From: Christensenellales bacterium
GTDB taxonomy: Bacteria; Bacillota; Clostridia; Christensenellales; UBA3700
Reading direction: 5' to 3'
Length of the DNA stretch: 54,803 nucleotides
Assembly (NCBI GenBank): GCA_051883395.1
Contig: JBJETQ010000031.1
Coordinates: 1 to 54,803, forward strand
Shown here: one piece after another, positions 9,747-19,566 of the stretch
How positions within the stretch are numbered: the first letter of the stretch is position 1
Layout of the letters: every line of letters begins with the position of its first letter
Program-made: the position numbers and the translations under genes
The notes under the pieces: generated by a model
Seen by the model: the letters and a program-made list of their open reading frames with translations, nothing else
Databases searched by the model: none
What the model was told of the DNA's origin: nothing

Positions 9747-11459
9747 ATGGACATATTGGAACATGTCGCAAACAGCGACGACGTAAAAAAACTGAATAGA
9801 GAACAACTAGTAGAGCTGAGTCAATCTATCAGAAAACTCATAGTTGACACGGTATTGCAAAAGGGCGGACATCTGTCATCTAATCTCGGAGTGGTAGAAT
9901 TGGTCGTTGCTTTGCATTACGTTTTCGATTTTCCAAAAGATAAACTAATTTTTGACGTGGGACACCAATGTTATGCCCACAAAATTCTTACGGGCAGAAA
10001 GGCGGAATTTGCCAATCTGCGCCACAGCGACGGTGTATCGGGTTTTCCTAAAAGGGAAGAAAGCGAATATGACGTTGCAAATACAGGACATGCGTCCACT
10101 TCGTTGTCAATAGCATGTGGGCTTGCAAGGGCGCTTAAAGATTGCAACATAGTATCGATTGTTGGCGACGGTGCCATGACGGGCGGTTTGATTTATGAAG
10201 CTCTAAACGACGTTGCCGCATGCCGTCAGAAACAGATAATTATCGTCAACGACAACAAGTTGTCCATTTCATACAACAACGGCTATATTTCCTACTATCT
10301 TTCCGGACTTGACAAAACCGAAGGAAAGAGAAGGTTTTCGCTTGCAAAAATGGGCATAGATTTTTACGGTAGCATAGACGGACATGATTTTTCTGCACTT
10401 ATTCCTGCCTTAGAATATGCAAAACAAGCAGAATCAACTGTTATGATACACGTCAATACCGTCAAAGGTAAAGGTTACGCTCCGTCAGAAAACGACCCTG
10501 TTGCATATCACGGATACAGTACGACGTCGCCAAAAAAGACATTCAGCAACGTTTTCGGTTCTAAAATCGTAGATATTGCTAAGTCTAATCCGAACGTATG
10601 GGCAATCACCGCCGCCATGAAAGAAGGCGTCGGACTCACTCAATTCCAGCAGATTTTCCCACAACGTTTTGTAGATACCGGTATAGCCGAAGGACACGCT
10701 ATGACTATGGCAAGTGGACTGGCGTTAGGTGGCAAAAGACCGGTTTTTGCGGTATATTCTTCATTTTTACAGCGTGCATTTGACAATCTGTTGCACGACG
10801 TATGTCTCAACGATCTTCCTGTAATCGTATGTATTGACAGAGCAGGCATTGTCAGCGGAGACGGCGAAACTCATCAGGGCATTTACGACGTGTCATACCT
10901 TTCCTGTATGCCTAATCTTATCATTATGCAGCCAAAAGATTATAGAGAGCTTGAAGATATGCTTGACTTTGCAATGGAACAAAATCACCCCGTTGCAATA
11001 CGTTATCCAAAAGGCGAAATCAAGACTCAATACAATCATAACCAGCCAATATCTCTTGGCAAATTTGAGATGATAGAATATAGTCCTGACAACAAAGTTA
11101 CTCTCATAGGCTGCGGAGCTACCGTCATGGAACAGGCATATCTTGCTTCTAAACAAGCCAATGCCGACGGCTACAACGTCAACCTTGTCAACGCTCGTTT
11201 TGTAAAGCCGATAGACGCCGACCTTCTCAACAGTATAAAAGATACTACGATTGTCGTACTTGAAGACAACGTAGGCAGGGGAAGCCTTGGCGAAGTGATA
11301 GGAAATTACTACAATTCTATATCTTCCAACACGTGCGTTATTGCCAAAAATCTCGGCGACAGCACTCACGTTCAGGCCGATTGCAGCGAGATACTCAGCG
11401 ACTACGGACTGGATTGTCAATCTATATGTCGTCTGATTGCCTATATCTATGAGAATTGA
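9747..11459 (+). CDS. dxs: 1-deoxy-D-xylulose-5-phosphate synthase
   Basis: GGHLSSNLGVVEL, DVGHQ, GHASTSLS, GDGAMTGG..EALN, DRAG..DGETHQG. Confidence 0.96.
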   Translation: MDILEHVANSDDVKKLNREQLVELSQSIRKLIVDTVLQKGGHLSSNLGVVELVVALHYVFDFPKDKLIFDVGHQCYAHKILTGRKAEFANLRHSDGVSGFPKREESEYDVANTGHASTSLSIACGLARALKDCNIVSIVGDGAMTGGLIYEALNDVAACRQKQIIIVNDNKLSISYNNGYISYYLSGLDKTEGKRRFSLAKMGIDFYGSIDGHDFSALIPALEYAKQAESTVMIHVNTVKGKGYAPSENDPVAYHGYSTTSPKKTFSNVFGSKIVDIAKSNPNVWAITAAMKEGVGLTQFQQIFPQRFVDTGIAEGHAMTMASGLALGGKRPVFAVYSSFLQRAFDNLLHDVCLNDLPVIVCIDRAGIVSGDGETHQGIYDVSYLSCMPNLIIMQPKDYRELEDMLDFAMEQNHPVAIRYPKGEIKTQYNHNQPISLGKFEMIEYSPDNKVTLIGCGATVMEQAYLASKQANADGYNVNLVNARFVKPIDADLLNSIKDTTIVVLEDNVGRGSLGEVIGNYYNSISSNTCVIAKNLGDSTHVQADCSEILSDYGLDCQSICRLIAYIYEN

Positions 11460-12171
11460 TTTATATTTAGCGCAGAAACTATCTGTTTCAAGGGCAAAAG
11501 CACAGCAGATGCTCAGAGACAATATGGTGGTTTTCAATGGCAAAATCGTCAACAAGGCTGCCCTAGAAGTGAGCGATAAAGACGACGTTGTCGTAAGCGA
11601 GACCTATCGTTATGCTTCGATAGGCGGAGATAAACTCAAAAAAGCATTGGACGATTTCGGTTATTCACCACAAGGAAACGTATGTGCAGACATAGGAGCA
11701 TCAAACGGCGGTTTTACCGATTGTCTGTTACAGCACGGAGCAGTCAAAGTATTTGCAATTGACGTTGGAGAATGTGCATTTGACGAGCCACTCAAAACTG
11801 ACGACAGGGTAGTTATCATGGACAAGACCAATGCCCGCAATATTACTTGGCACGACTTGGGTGAAAAATGCGATTTTTGTTGTGTTGACGTAAGTTTTAT
11901 TTCTCTCAAATATATTTTACCTGTCGTCTTCGATTTGCTCAAAGATAACGGACAAGCAATATGCCTTGTCAAACCGCAATTTGAAGTTGGCAAAAATCAT
12001 CTTAGTAAAAAAGGTATTGTAACCGACAACAAGATAAGAAACAGAGCATTGGATGACGTGTGCAATTTTGCCGTTTCCTGCGGTTTTGAAGTGTTGAATA
12101 CCACCACAGCTCCCATAAAAGACAAAAAAAATATTGAATTTTTGATTTATATTCAAAAAATTATTGTATAA
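11449..12171 (+). CDS. tlyA: TlyA family rRNA 2'-O-methyltransferase
   Basis: S4 domain, DIGASNGGFTD, DVSFISL, LVKPQFEVG. Confidence 0.94.
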   Translation: MRIDLYLAQKLSVSRAKAQQMLRDNMVVFNGKIVNKAALEVSDKDDVVVSETYRYASIGGDKLKKALDDFGYSPQGNVCADIGASNGGFTDCLLQHGAVKVFAIDVGECAFDEPLKTDDRVVIMDKTNARNITWHDLGEKCDFCCVDVSFISLKYILPVVFDLLKDNGQAICLVKPQFEVGKNHLSKKGIVTDNKIRNRALDDVCNFAVSCGFEVLNTTTAPIKDKKNIEFLIYIQKIIV

Positions 12172-12192
12172 TTATGCAATTTAATATATAAT
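12164..12192 (+). promoter_or_regulatory. Sigma-A promoter of nadK (probably leaderless)
   Basis: TTGTAT-17 nt-TATAAT, then 6 nt to the ATG; no SD. Confidence 0.6.
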
Positions 12193-12198
12193 TGTTGT

Positions 12199-13050
12199 AT
12201 GAAATTCGGTATATTTTCCAATCCCAATAGAGATAGCGGCTGCAAGGCGTGTTACAATTTTATCGACGTTCTCAGGAGACGAGAAGTCGAATTTATGGTG
12301 TGCGACAATGCGGATAAATTTTTTGAATCATCTATCACCGACACCATAGACAAAATTGCCGAATGGTGCGACGTTTTCGTTGCTTTCGGCGGCGACGGTA
12401 CTATGCTGGAAGTAGTCAATGCCTGTGCTTTCTATGACAAGCCGTTGCTTGGCGTAAATATGGGCAAAATAGGCTTTTTGAGTGAAATCAACGCCAATAT
12501 TGACGAAATGAAGAAAGCCGTTGACGCAATATTATCGGGCAATTTTGCACTTGACAGCAGAATGTTGCTGCAAGTTGACGTACAAGGAAAGACCTTTTAC
12601 GCACTCAACGAAGCTCTGTTTGGCGGAGTTGACAATTGCCACGTCGTTACCGTAGATATAGCCGTAGACGGCAATTTTACCGACAAGATGCGTGGAGACG
12701 GAGTTATCGTTTCTACACCGACAGGGTCCACCGCATATTCTTTGGCTTGCAACGGTCCTATCTTGTCGCCTGACGTGGACGCAATACTTATCAATATGGT
12801 ATGTCCGCACAGTTTGCACAGCTGTCCGCTGGTTGTCAACGGCAACTCCGTAGTTACGCTGAGCGGAAGCAAAAACAATAGCCCTATGCGACTGATTATT
12901 GACGGTTCGATAGTGGCAAATTTCGACAAGAGCGTTGTTATAAGCATACAAAAGAGTATTCGCCATGCAAAGTTTATCACTATGAACAACGTCAATTTCT
13001 ATCAAAAACTAATCAAAAAACTCGGATATTGGGGTGAGATAAATGAATAA
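12199..13050 (+). CDS. nadK: NAD kinase
   Basis: GGDGTML, ALNE, DGVIVSTPTGSTAYSLA. Confidence 0.95.
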   Translation: MKFGIFSNPNRDSGCKACYNFIDVLRRREVEFMVCDNADKFFESSITDTIDKIAEWCDVFVAFGGDGTMLEVVNACAFYDKPLLGVNMGKIGFLSEINANIDEMKKAVDAILSGNFALDSRMLLQVDVQGKTFYALNEALFGGVDNCHVVTVDIAVDGNFTDKMRGDGVIVSTPTGSTAYSLACNGPILSPDVDAILINMVCPHSLHSCPLVVNGNSVVTLSGSKNNSPMRLIIDGSIVANFDKSVVISIQKSIRHAKFITMNNVNFYQKLIKKLGYWGEINE

Positions 13051-13492
13051 GAAACATAGACAACAATTGATTTTGGACATAATCGGTCAGTTTGAAATCG
13101 ATACTCAGGAAGAATTGGTTGCCATGCTTCAATCTAAGGGCTGTGAAGTTACCCAGGCAACGGCATCGAGAGACGTCAAGGAATTGGAGCTTGTCAAAGT
13201 ATCCGGCAGAGAAAAGCGCTATCGCTATGCTCAGGTAGGTTCGGCAGGCTATGCAGATCACACAAAATACGGCAACATTTTCAGAGAAAGTGTCGTTTCT
13301 TTGCAACGTGCTAAAAATCTTATCGTCATCAAGACGGTTCATGGCGGAGCTAACTCTGCGGCAGCTTTTATTGACAATATGGCTCTGAGTGAAGTGCTTG
13401 GCTCAATTGCCGGCGACGACACAATTTTTATCGTAACGCCCGACGACGAATCGGCGCAACGTGCAATAGAACAACTAAAAAGTTGTTTTTAA
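13043..13492 (+). CDS. argR: Arginine repressor
   Basis: TQEELV..L, TQATASRDVKEL, GSIAGDDTI. Confidence 0.96.
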   Translation: MNKKHRQQLILDIIGQFEIDTQEELVAMLQSKGCEVTQATASRDVKELELVKVSGREKRYRYAQVGSAGYADHTKYGNIFRESVVSLQRAKNLIVIKTVHGGANSAAAFIDNMALSEVLGSIAGDDTIFIVTPDDESAQRAIEQLKSCF

Positions 13493-13495
13493 TCT

Positions 13496-15202
13496 ATGCT
13501 CAAAGAACTTGTAATCAAAAACATTGCCATAATAAGTGAACTCAGGGTCCAACTCGACGTCGGACTCAACGTTTTCAGCGGAGAAACAGGTGCAGGTAAA
13601 TCAATTATTATTGACAGCATCAATTTTGTATTGGGAAAACGTGCCGACAAATCGCTTATCAGATACAACCAGCCGCAAGCCAGCGTATGCGCAACCTTCG
13701 ACATATCCGATTGTATAGCTACAAAAAAGGTACTTGAAGATATAGACGTAGACAATGACGACGACGAACTTGTCATCAAACGCACTATGACGGTTGACGG
13801 AAAAAATACCTGTTCAATCAACGGCTCAAAAATCAATCTGGCTTTGTTGAGACAGGTAACTACGACTCTCGTTGACGTCTATGGACAACACGAATCTACT
13901 GCAATGCTTGACGAGAACAATCACCTTGACATTTTGGACGAATATGGCAAGGAGCAAATATCCGCTATCAAAGATAAACAACTCAGTTTATATCAGGAGT
14001 ACAAAGGACTTGTAGCCAAACTTGACAAATATGGCTCATTGGCACAGATAAACAAAAATATTGACTTGCTGACATATCAAATCAACGAAATTGACGCCGC
14101 CAATCTCAAAGAAGGCGAAGAAGAAGAATTGATAAATAGTCGCAATATTATGAACAATTCCCAAAAAATCGTATCGGCGCTTTCAACAGCTTACAATCTT
14201 ATAGACCAGGAAGAAGGCAGCGTTTTGGAGAGATTGGCAATATCTACCAAAGAGCTTGAACGAGTGGCTGACGATGTAAGCGAGATTGATGCTTTTGTCG
14301 AGCGTCTGGACAGCTGTCAGGCGGAACTCAAAGACTTATCGTCATCTTTGCAGGAACTTGCAGAAGAATGTGAATTTGACCAGAATCAATATGACAGAAT
14401 AGAAGAAAGATTATCAACTATCAGACAGCTCAAAAAGAAATACGGCTCGTCGGTTGACGAAATACTGCAATATCAGCAACAACTGCAAGAAGAATATGAT
14501 TTTTATAGCGACGGAGAAGCGCAAATTCAGATGTTGCAAAAGCAAATCGACAAAGTCAAGGTCATGTTGATTGACAACAGTATATCTCTCAGCAATGCAA
14601 GACGTAAAACTGCGTCTGAGCTTGGCGAGAAGATAGTTGAGCAACTTCAACAGCTTGGAATGAAAAATTGCCGTTTTGAGACGTTATTTGACGTTGACGT
14701 CGACAGCGATGACTTAATATCAAAAATCAATTCTGACGGTTTTGACAAACCTGTATTTATGTTTTCTGCCAATGCAGGTCAGCCACCAAGAGAGCTTAGT
14801 AAAATCATTTCCGGCGGTGAATTGTCAAGATTTATGCTTGCCGTCAAATCTACTATTGCCGAAACAGACGGCGTTTACTGTATGATTTTTGACGAAATTG
14901 ACAGCGGAATAAGCGGACGTATTGCACAGGTAGTTGCCGAAAAACTATATGAAATAAGCAAATGCCGACAAGTACTTGCTATCACCCATCTGCCACAACT
15001 GGCAAGTATGGCTGACGTCAATTATCTGATAGATAAGCAAGTTGTGGACGGTCAGACCAATACAACGCTTGTCAGGCTGGACGAAGATAGCCTGATACAA
15101 GAGATTGCAAGACTGATAGGCGGAAGCAAAGACAGCACCCTTGCTGTTGCCCACGCAAAAGAACTTAAACAAAACGCCAATCAATTTAAAAAACTCGGAT
15201 AA
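13496..15202 (+). CDS. recN: DNA repair protein RecN
   Basis: GETGAGKS, coiled coil, SGGELSR, IFDEIDSG, ITHLPQLAS. Confidence 0.97.
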   Translation: MLKELVIKNIAIISELRVQLDVGLNVFSGETGAGKSIIIDSINFVLGKRADKSLIRYNQPQASVCATFDISDCIATKKVLEDIDVDNDDDELVIKRTMTVDGKNTCSINGSKINLALLRQVTTTLVDVYGQHESTAMLDENNHLDILDEYGKEQISAIKDKQLSLYQEYKGLVAKLDKYGSLAQINKNIDLLTYQINEIDAANLKEGEEEELINSRNIMNNSQKIVSALSTAYNLIDQEEGSVLERLAISTKELERVADDVSEIDAFVERLDSCQAELKDLSSSLQELAEECEFDQNQYDRIEERLSTIRQLKKKYGSSVDEILQYQQQLQEEYDFYSDGEAQIQMLQKQIDKVKVMLIDNSISLSNARRKTASELGEKIVEQLQQLGMKNCRFETLFDVDVDSDDLISKINSDGFDKPVFMFSANAGQPPRELSKIISGGELSRFMLAVKSTIAETDGVYCMIFDEIDSGISGRIAQVVAEKLYEISKCRQVLAITHLPQLASMADVNYLIDKQVVDGQTNTTLVRLDEDSLIQEIARLIGGSKDSTLAVAHAKELKQNANQFKKLG

Positions 15203-15214
15203 CGATATATTTGC

Positions 15215-15263
15215 GTATATTCTCCTTACTTTTTCTTAAACTAATGAAAGTAAGGAGATTTTT
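15215..15263 (+). promoter_or_regulatory. Hairpin/terminator overlapping a putative sigF/sigG promoter and the spoIVB RBS
   Basis: TCTCCTTACTTT (15221-15232) pairs with AAAGTAAGGAGA (15247-15258); GTATA-17 nt-TAAACTA. Confidence 0.6.
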
Positions 15264-16403
15264 ATGCACAATTCACTCAGAAGAAAAGCCTTGTGCTTTA
15301 CTTTATTTTTAACACTCGCATTTTGTATCACGACAGCAACGTTATTTACCCCTGTCTGCGCTCAATGCGTTTTGCAGACAACAGATGTAATCAGCGTTGA
15401 TTCAAGCGAAATATCTTGTTTTAACAATGAAGAATTTGTTCTTCCGCAATTTACAACCAATACAAGCAACAATGCGAACAAAAAGTACGTCAATATCGGC
15501 GGTTTTCCAATCGGTATCAATCTCAAAACCGACGGCTTGATAATTTTGTCCAAGTGCAGAGTAGTTACTTCAAAAGGTGTAGTTGAACCAGCAGAAAATA
15601 TCGACATCAAAAACGGCGACGTATTGCTGGCTGTAGACGATACCAAAATCAAATGTAAAGACGATATAGAAAAAGCACTTGAAAATTGCTCTGACAGCGT
15701 TTCGCTGACAATAAGAAGGGGCAATAGTGTCAACGAATATAAGATTACGCCTGTTGTTGACAGCGTAAATGGAAAAAAGCGACTGGGGCTGGTACTTCAA
15801 GACGGTGTGTTAGGTATAGGCACAATGACTTTTGTAGACGCTTCCAGCGGAAAATACGCTTGTCTTGGACACCCAATCAAGGATAGCGACAACAACGACG
15901 TCAGATGTGGCGGCGGTAATATATATTCTGCCGACGTGTCTGGTGTTAAAAAGGGACAAAAAGGCAAAGCAGGCGAACTGTCAGGCATGTTTGACTATAC
16001 GCTTACACCTATCGGCGACATTACAAAGAATAATACCTTCGGTATCTACGGCAGTTACGACCAGAAGATTACTTCAAATCTCATAGAAGTAGCCGACAAA
16101 GATAGCGTAAAACCGGGTAAAGCCCAGATTCTGACCACAATAAGCGGCAACAAACCGAGACTATACGATATAGAAATAATCAAAACCAACAAACAGTCTC
16201 AGCCTGCCGACAAGAGTATGGTCATAAGAATTGTCGATGAAGAATTACTCAAAATCACAGGCGGCATAGTGCAGGGTATGAGCGGAAGTCCTATTATTCA
16301 GAACAACAAACTCGTCGGGGCAGTAACCCATGTATTTGTAAACGATCCTACCAAAGGCTACGGACTTTATGCTCAATGGATGATTGAAGAATGTAACAAA
16401 TAA
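15264..16403 (+). CDS. spoIVB: SpoIVB signalling serine peptidase (S55) with PDZ domain
   Basis: GIGTMTF, LGHPI, GGIVQGMSGSPIIQ, GAVTHVFVNDP.KGYG. Confidence 0.96.
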   Translation: MHNSLRRKALCFTLFLTLAFCITTATLFTPVCAQCVLQTTDVISVDSSEISCFNNEEFVLPQFTTNTSNNANKKYVNIGGFPIGINLKTDGLIILSKCRVVTSKGVVEPAENIDIKNGDVLLAVDDTKIKCKDDIEKALENCSDSVSLTIRRGNSVNEYKITPVVDSVNGKKRLGLVLQDGVLGIGTMTFVDASSGKYACLGHPIKDSDNNDVRCGGGNIYSADVSGVKKGQKGKAGELSGMFDYTLTPIGDITKNNTFGIYGSYDQKITSNLIEVADKDSVKPGKAQILTTISGNKPRLYDIEIIKTNKQSQPADKSMVIRIVDEELLKITGGIVQGMSGSPIIQNNKLVGAVTHVFVNDPTKGYGLYAQWMIEECNK

Positions 16404-16416
16404 AAAAATATAATTA

Positions 16417-16442
16417 AAATCCGCTGAATAAGCGGATTTTTT
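16417..16442 (+). terminator. Terminator after spoIVB
   Basis: AAAATCCGCT-GAATA-AGCGGATTTT followed by T-run. Confidence 0.85.
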
Positions 16443-16471
16443 ATGCTTGACGAGCATTTTTGACGCATTTA

Positions 16472-16500
16472 TTGACATTTAGTATTTAATAGCGTACAAT
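16472..16500 (+). promoter_or_regulatory. Sigma-A promoter of the lipoprotein gene
   Basis: TTGACA-17 nt-TACAAT. Confidence 0.7.
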
Positions 16501-16554
16501 TTAAACATATAGAATTATATGTGATATTATAATTCTTGTGTTAAGGAGAAATAT

Positions 16555-19167
16555 ATGGAAAATAATTTGGCTAGCAAGAAATTTTTAGTACTTTTGCTTA
16601 CTTTTGCTATCATTATCTCATGCGCTTTCATGTTATCAGCATGTAATGATGATCCCGATCCAATCGAACTACCACAATTGCAATCAATAACAGCAAGATA
16701 CAAAAACGATTCGATTGATTTTAGCAGCGGAAGTGTTGACATACCATATCACGACGGCATTCAATTTCTATCTGCGGACTTTAAAATTACATTAAATTAC
16801 GACGATTCTTCCACTCAGGAAATTACGTCAGGATTTACATATAGAGTATACAAAATCGAGAATAACAATGAAATAGAAACAACCACGTTTGAAATAGGTG
16901 AGTATAAATTTCATTTTGAATATGAAGATTTAAGTTTCGATTGTTACGTTGCGATTAAAGCAGCAGAATTGCTTTCGAACGATATCGTTTGCAATCTTAA
17001 TGATAGTTATCCATTCGATCCTAACGGACAAATTACTCCTGATTTTACTTTGACATACGGCAACGTAACGCTTGAAGAAGGCGTTGATTATACCGTAACT
17101 TATGGTGAAAATAACGTGGTTGGAGAAGACACAGGCTACGTTTGTATCAACTTTATCGGTATATATCAAGGAGAAATATATTATTATTTTGATATTACTG
17201 CGATTGAAACGGGCGAAGTAGTTTTCAAAAACGTAACGACTACGTATGACGGTAACTATAAGTGGTCGCTTTGCGAAATAGACTTTTCATCAATTGAAGG
17301 TATCAAAAATATTTATTATACTTTCTACGATAACCTTGACAATTCCGTCTCTCCAATCGACGCAGGATCGTATCGTGTAGTTGCTCAAATCGAAGTAAAA
17401 GACGGCTATCAAGCAATCGAAGATAAAGAATTTACACTTACAATCAATCAAGTCGATATCAGCGAATTCGATTTAAGCGATTATGATTTGGACAATATTA
17501 GCAAATCTTTCAAAAATCAAGCGTATACTAGCCAAGATTTTGAATATGATATTTCTCAATCGTTGCAAGACGTTACCTTTGATATTTGCATGAGCACAGG
17601 TAGCAATATAGATAATTTAAATGCTTCTACTGAGACAAAACACGGTCAAATCGAAGTAACGGGTACGGGTAATTACAAAGGAAGTCTGATTATTCCGTTT
17701 ACTATTTCGCCTTACGACGTCCAATACCTATACGTTGAATTGAATGACAATTCTTATTATGTTTACAATGGCTCGCAAAAAACGATATCTAAGGTACAAG
17801 CATATTTTGATAACCAATGGGTTGATATAGAGCAGGGAGAAGATAAAGATTACACTATATCTTACAAGGACAACGTGAATTCGGGCGAAGCTTCGTATAA
17901 GATAGTTGGATATGGAAATTTCACGGGAGAATACAATGATACTTTCTATATTTACAAGGCAACAATCGATATTGACAGTAACGATTATCAATTTGTCAAT
18001 ACAACTTCTACGTATAACGGCGAAAACCAATTTGCAACGCTTACGACCTTTAACGAAGACCTTCCTGACCAGGTAGAAGCAATTTTTACAACTGGCAATT
18101 ACTTTGGTATGTCGTCTGCGTTATCTCTCGATGAGTTGCAGAATGCGGGAACTTATGACGTTTACGTAACTTTTGCACTAAAAACCGAATTCGAAAACAA
18201 CTACGATCTTTTTGGAAATAAAACATTCAACGAGAGTATAACTATCAACCCCGTTGTTGTAACTTCCGCTACCTACGATTCGGCTTTTGACGGCGGAGAA
18301 GGAACTTACGAGAACAAGTATTATTACGTTTACTCGGGCAATCAATATGCTCCAAAAGTCGTTGTAACCGCTACGTTGAACGGTCAACCTTATACGCTTG
18401 TTGAAAATCAAGACTACACGATTAGTTATTATTCTACAAGTACCGGACTTAGTGCAACACCACTCAATGCAGACGGATATGGCGTCAATATCAATTATGG
18501 TTCAAACGGCTCTGGCAATTTTGCTTATCAATGTTACGACGACGTGTACGATTATCAAGACAAAAGTCTTTTGTTTAACGTCAACAAAAAGACGATAGAT
18601 GATAGTCAAGTTACTTGGCCGACAACGTATAGAATAGTTTGGGGTAGTCTGGCATATTTAGATACCACTGATTTTACTACAACAAAAACGCAAACTATTA
18701 CTATCGAAGGCAACTTGGTTGAAGCAACCTTTGACTTAAAGACAAGCGAACTTTACGGATATTACGACACCTACGTCGACTCCAACGATCAGATAGGAAT
18801 TCAATTTACGTCGCAAAACTATCATGTAACAGACCATACTTCGATGGTACAAATTGTCAGTCTCTTTGATGAATTCAAACTCAACGGCACTGCTCTTTCG
18901 GCCGAGCAAATAGATGATTTGACGCAATTTAACCTTGACGATAGCGTAGAAATTACTTTCTCAAAATCTTATACTATAAAGTATGATAATAATACTGCAA
19001 ACTATGATGAGAAATATTTTGATAGCGATAGCGGTTTCTCGAAAGTAATGGGTAGAGACACGATAGAAGAAGAATATTGCAACGAAAATTATGCTTATTT
19101 AACTGTTTACACTGCCGACGGAGAGACTTCAATAGTTGGAAGAAATTTCACAATTGTAAGAGAATAG
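16555..19167 (+). CDS. Large acidic surface lipoprotein with Ig-like/MBG-like beta repeats
   Basis: Lipobox LSAC (Cys30); repeats of L.EG.DY.V.Y..N...G....I.G.GNY.G and TYDG...P.DAG.Y; RBS AAGGAG. Confidence 0.8.
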   Translation: MENNLASKKFLVLLLTFAIIISCAFMLSACNDDPDPIELPQLQSITARYKNDSIDFSSGSVDIPYHDGIQFLSADFKITLNYDDSSTQEITSGFTYRVYKIENNNEIETTTFEIGEYKFHFEYEDLSFDCYVAIKAAELLSNDIVCNLNDSYPFDPNGQITPDFTLTYGNVTLEEGVDYTVTYGENNVVGEDTGYVCINFIGIYQGEIYYYFDITAIETGEVVFKNVTTTYDGNYKWSLCEIDFSSIEGIKNIYYTFYDNLDNSVSPIDAGSYRVVAQIEVKDGYQAIEDKEFTLTINQVDISEFDLSDYDLDNISKSFKNQAYTSQDFEYDISQSLQDVTFDICMSTGSNIDNLNASTETKHGQIEVTGTGNYKGSLIIPFTISPYDVQYLYVELNDNSYYVYNGSQKTISKVQAYFDNQWVDIEQGEDKDYTISYKDNVNSGEASYKIVGYGNFTGEYNDTFYIYKATIDIDSNDYQFVNTTSTYNGENQFATLTTFNEDLPDQVEAIFTTGNYFGMSSALSLDELQNAGTYDVYVTFALKTEFENNYDLFGNKTFNESITINPVVVTSATYDSAFDGGEGTYENKYYYVYSGNQYAPKVVVTATLNGQPYTLVENQDYTISYYSTSTGLSATPLNADGYGVNINYGSNGSGNFAYQCYDDVYDYQDKSLLFNVNKKTIDDSQVTWPTTYRIVWGSLAYLDTTDFTTTKTQTITIEGNLVEATFDLKTSELYGYYDTYVDSNDQIGIQFTSQNYHVTDHTSMVQIVSLFDEFKLNGTALSAEQIDDLTQFNLDDSVEITFSKSYTIKYDNNTANYDEKYFDSDSGFSKVMGRDTIEEEYCNENYAYLTVYTADGETSIVGRNFTIVRE

Positions 19168-19395
19168 CCAAACCACGCATCCACTTCGCCACATTATATG
19201 GCGAAGTTAAGGAAGAATTGCTCCTACAAAAAATAGAGCTACAAATACCGTAAGTCGACCCACGGGGAGACCACATGATTCGTAAGTAGCGCAAGCGACG
19301 GAATAGCGAGCTTTTGCGAGCGTTACACACAATCTTTTGACGTAGAAGATGTCAAAATAGTGGAATCGCTACAATCAATACAAATACCATAAATA

Positions 19396-19425
19396 AAAAT
19401 CAGCCTGTTTTTCAACAGACTGATT
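19396..19425 (-). terminator. Terminator of tRNA-Trp
   Basis: AATCAGTCTGTT-GAAA-AACAGGCTGATT followed by T-run on the minus strand. Confidence 0.75.
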
Positions 19426-19499
19426 GGCAGGGGAGACGCGATTCGAACACGCAACCAATGGTTTTGGAGACCACTACTCTACCGTTGAGCCACTCCCCT
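19425..19499 (-). tRNA. trnW: tRNA-Trp (CCA)
   Basis: Reverse complement AGGGGAG...GTGGT-CTCCAAA-ACCAT...GTTCGAATC...CTCCCCTGCCA cloverleaf; TTGACA-17 nt-TATAAT upstream. Confidence 0.97.
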
Positions 19500-19566
19500 A
19501 AGACTTAATTATTATATAAAAAAAGGGCAGAAGTGTCAACAGTTTAGCAGCAATAAGGAGATTATT

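Noticed and set aside
11449-12171. tlyA as a haemolysin island
   Set aside because: Standard housekeeping dxs-tlyA-nadK-argR-recN synteny
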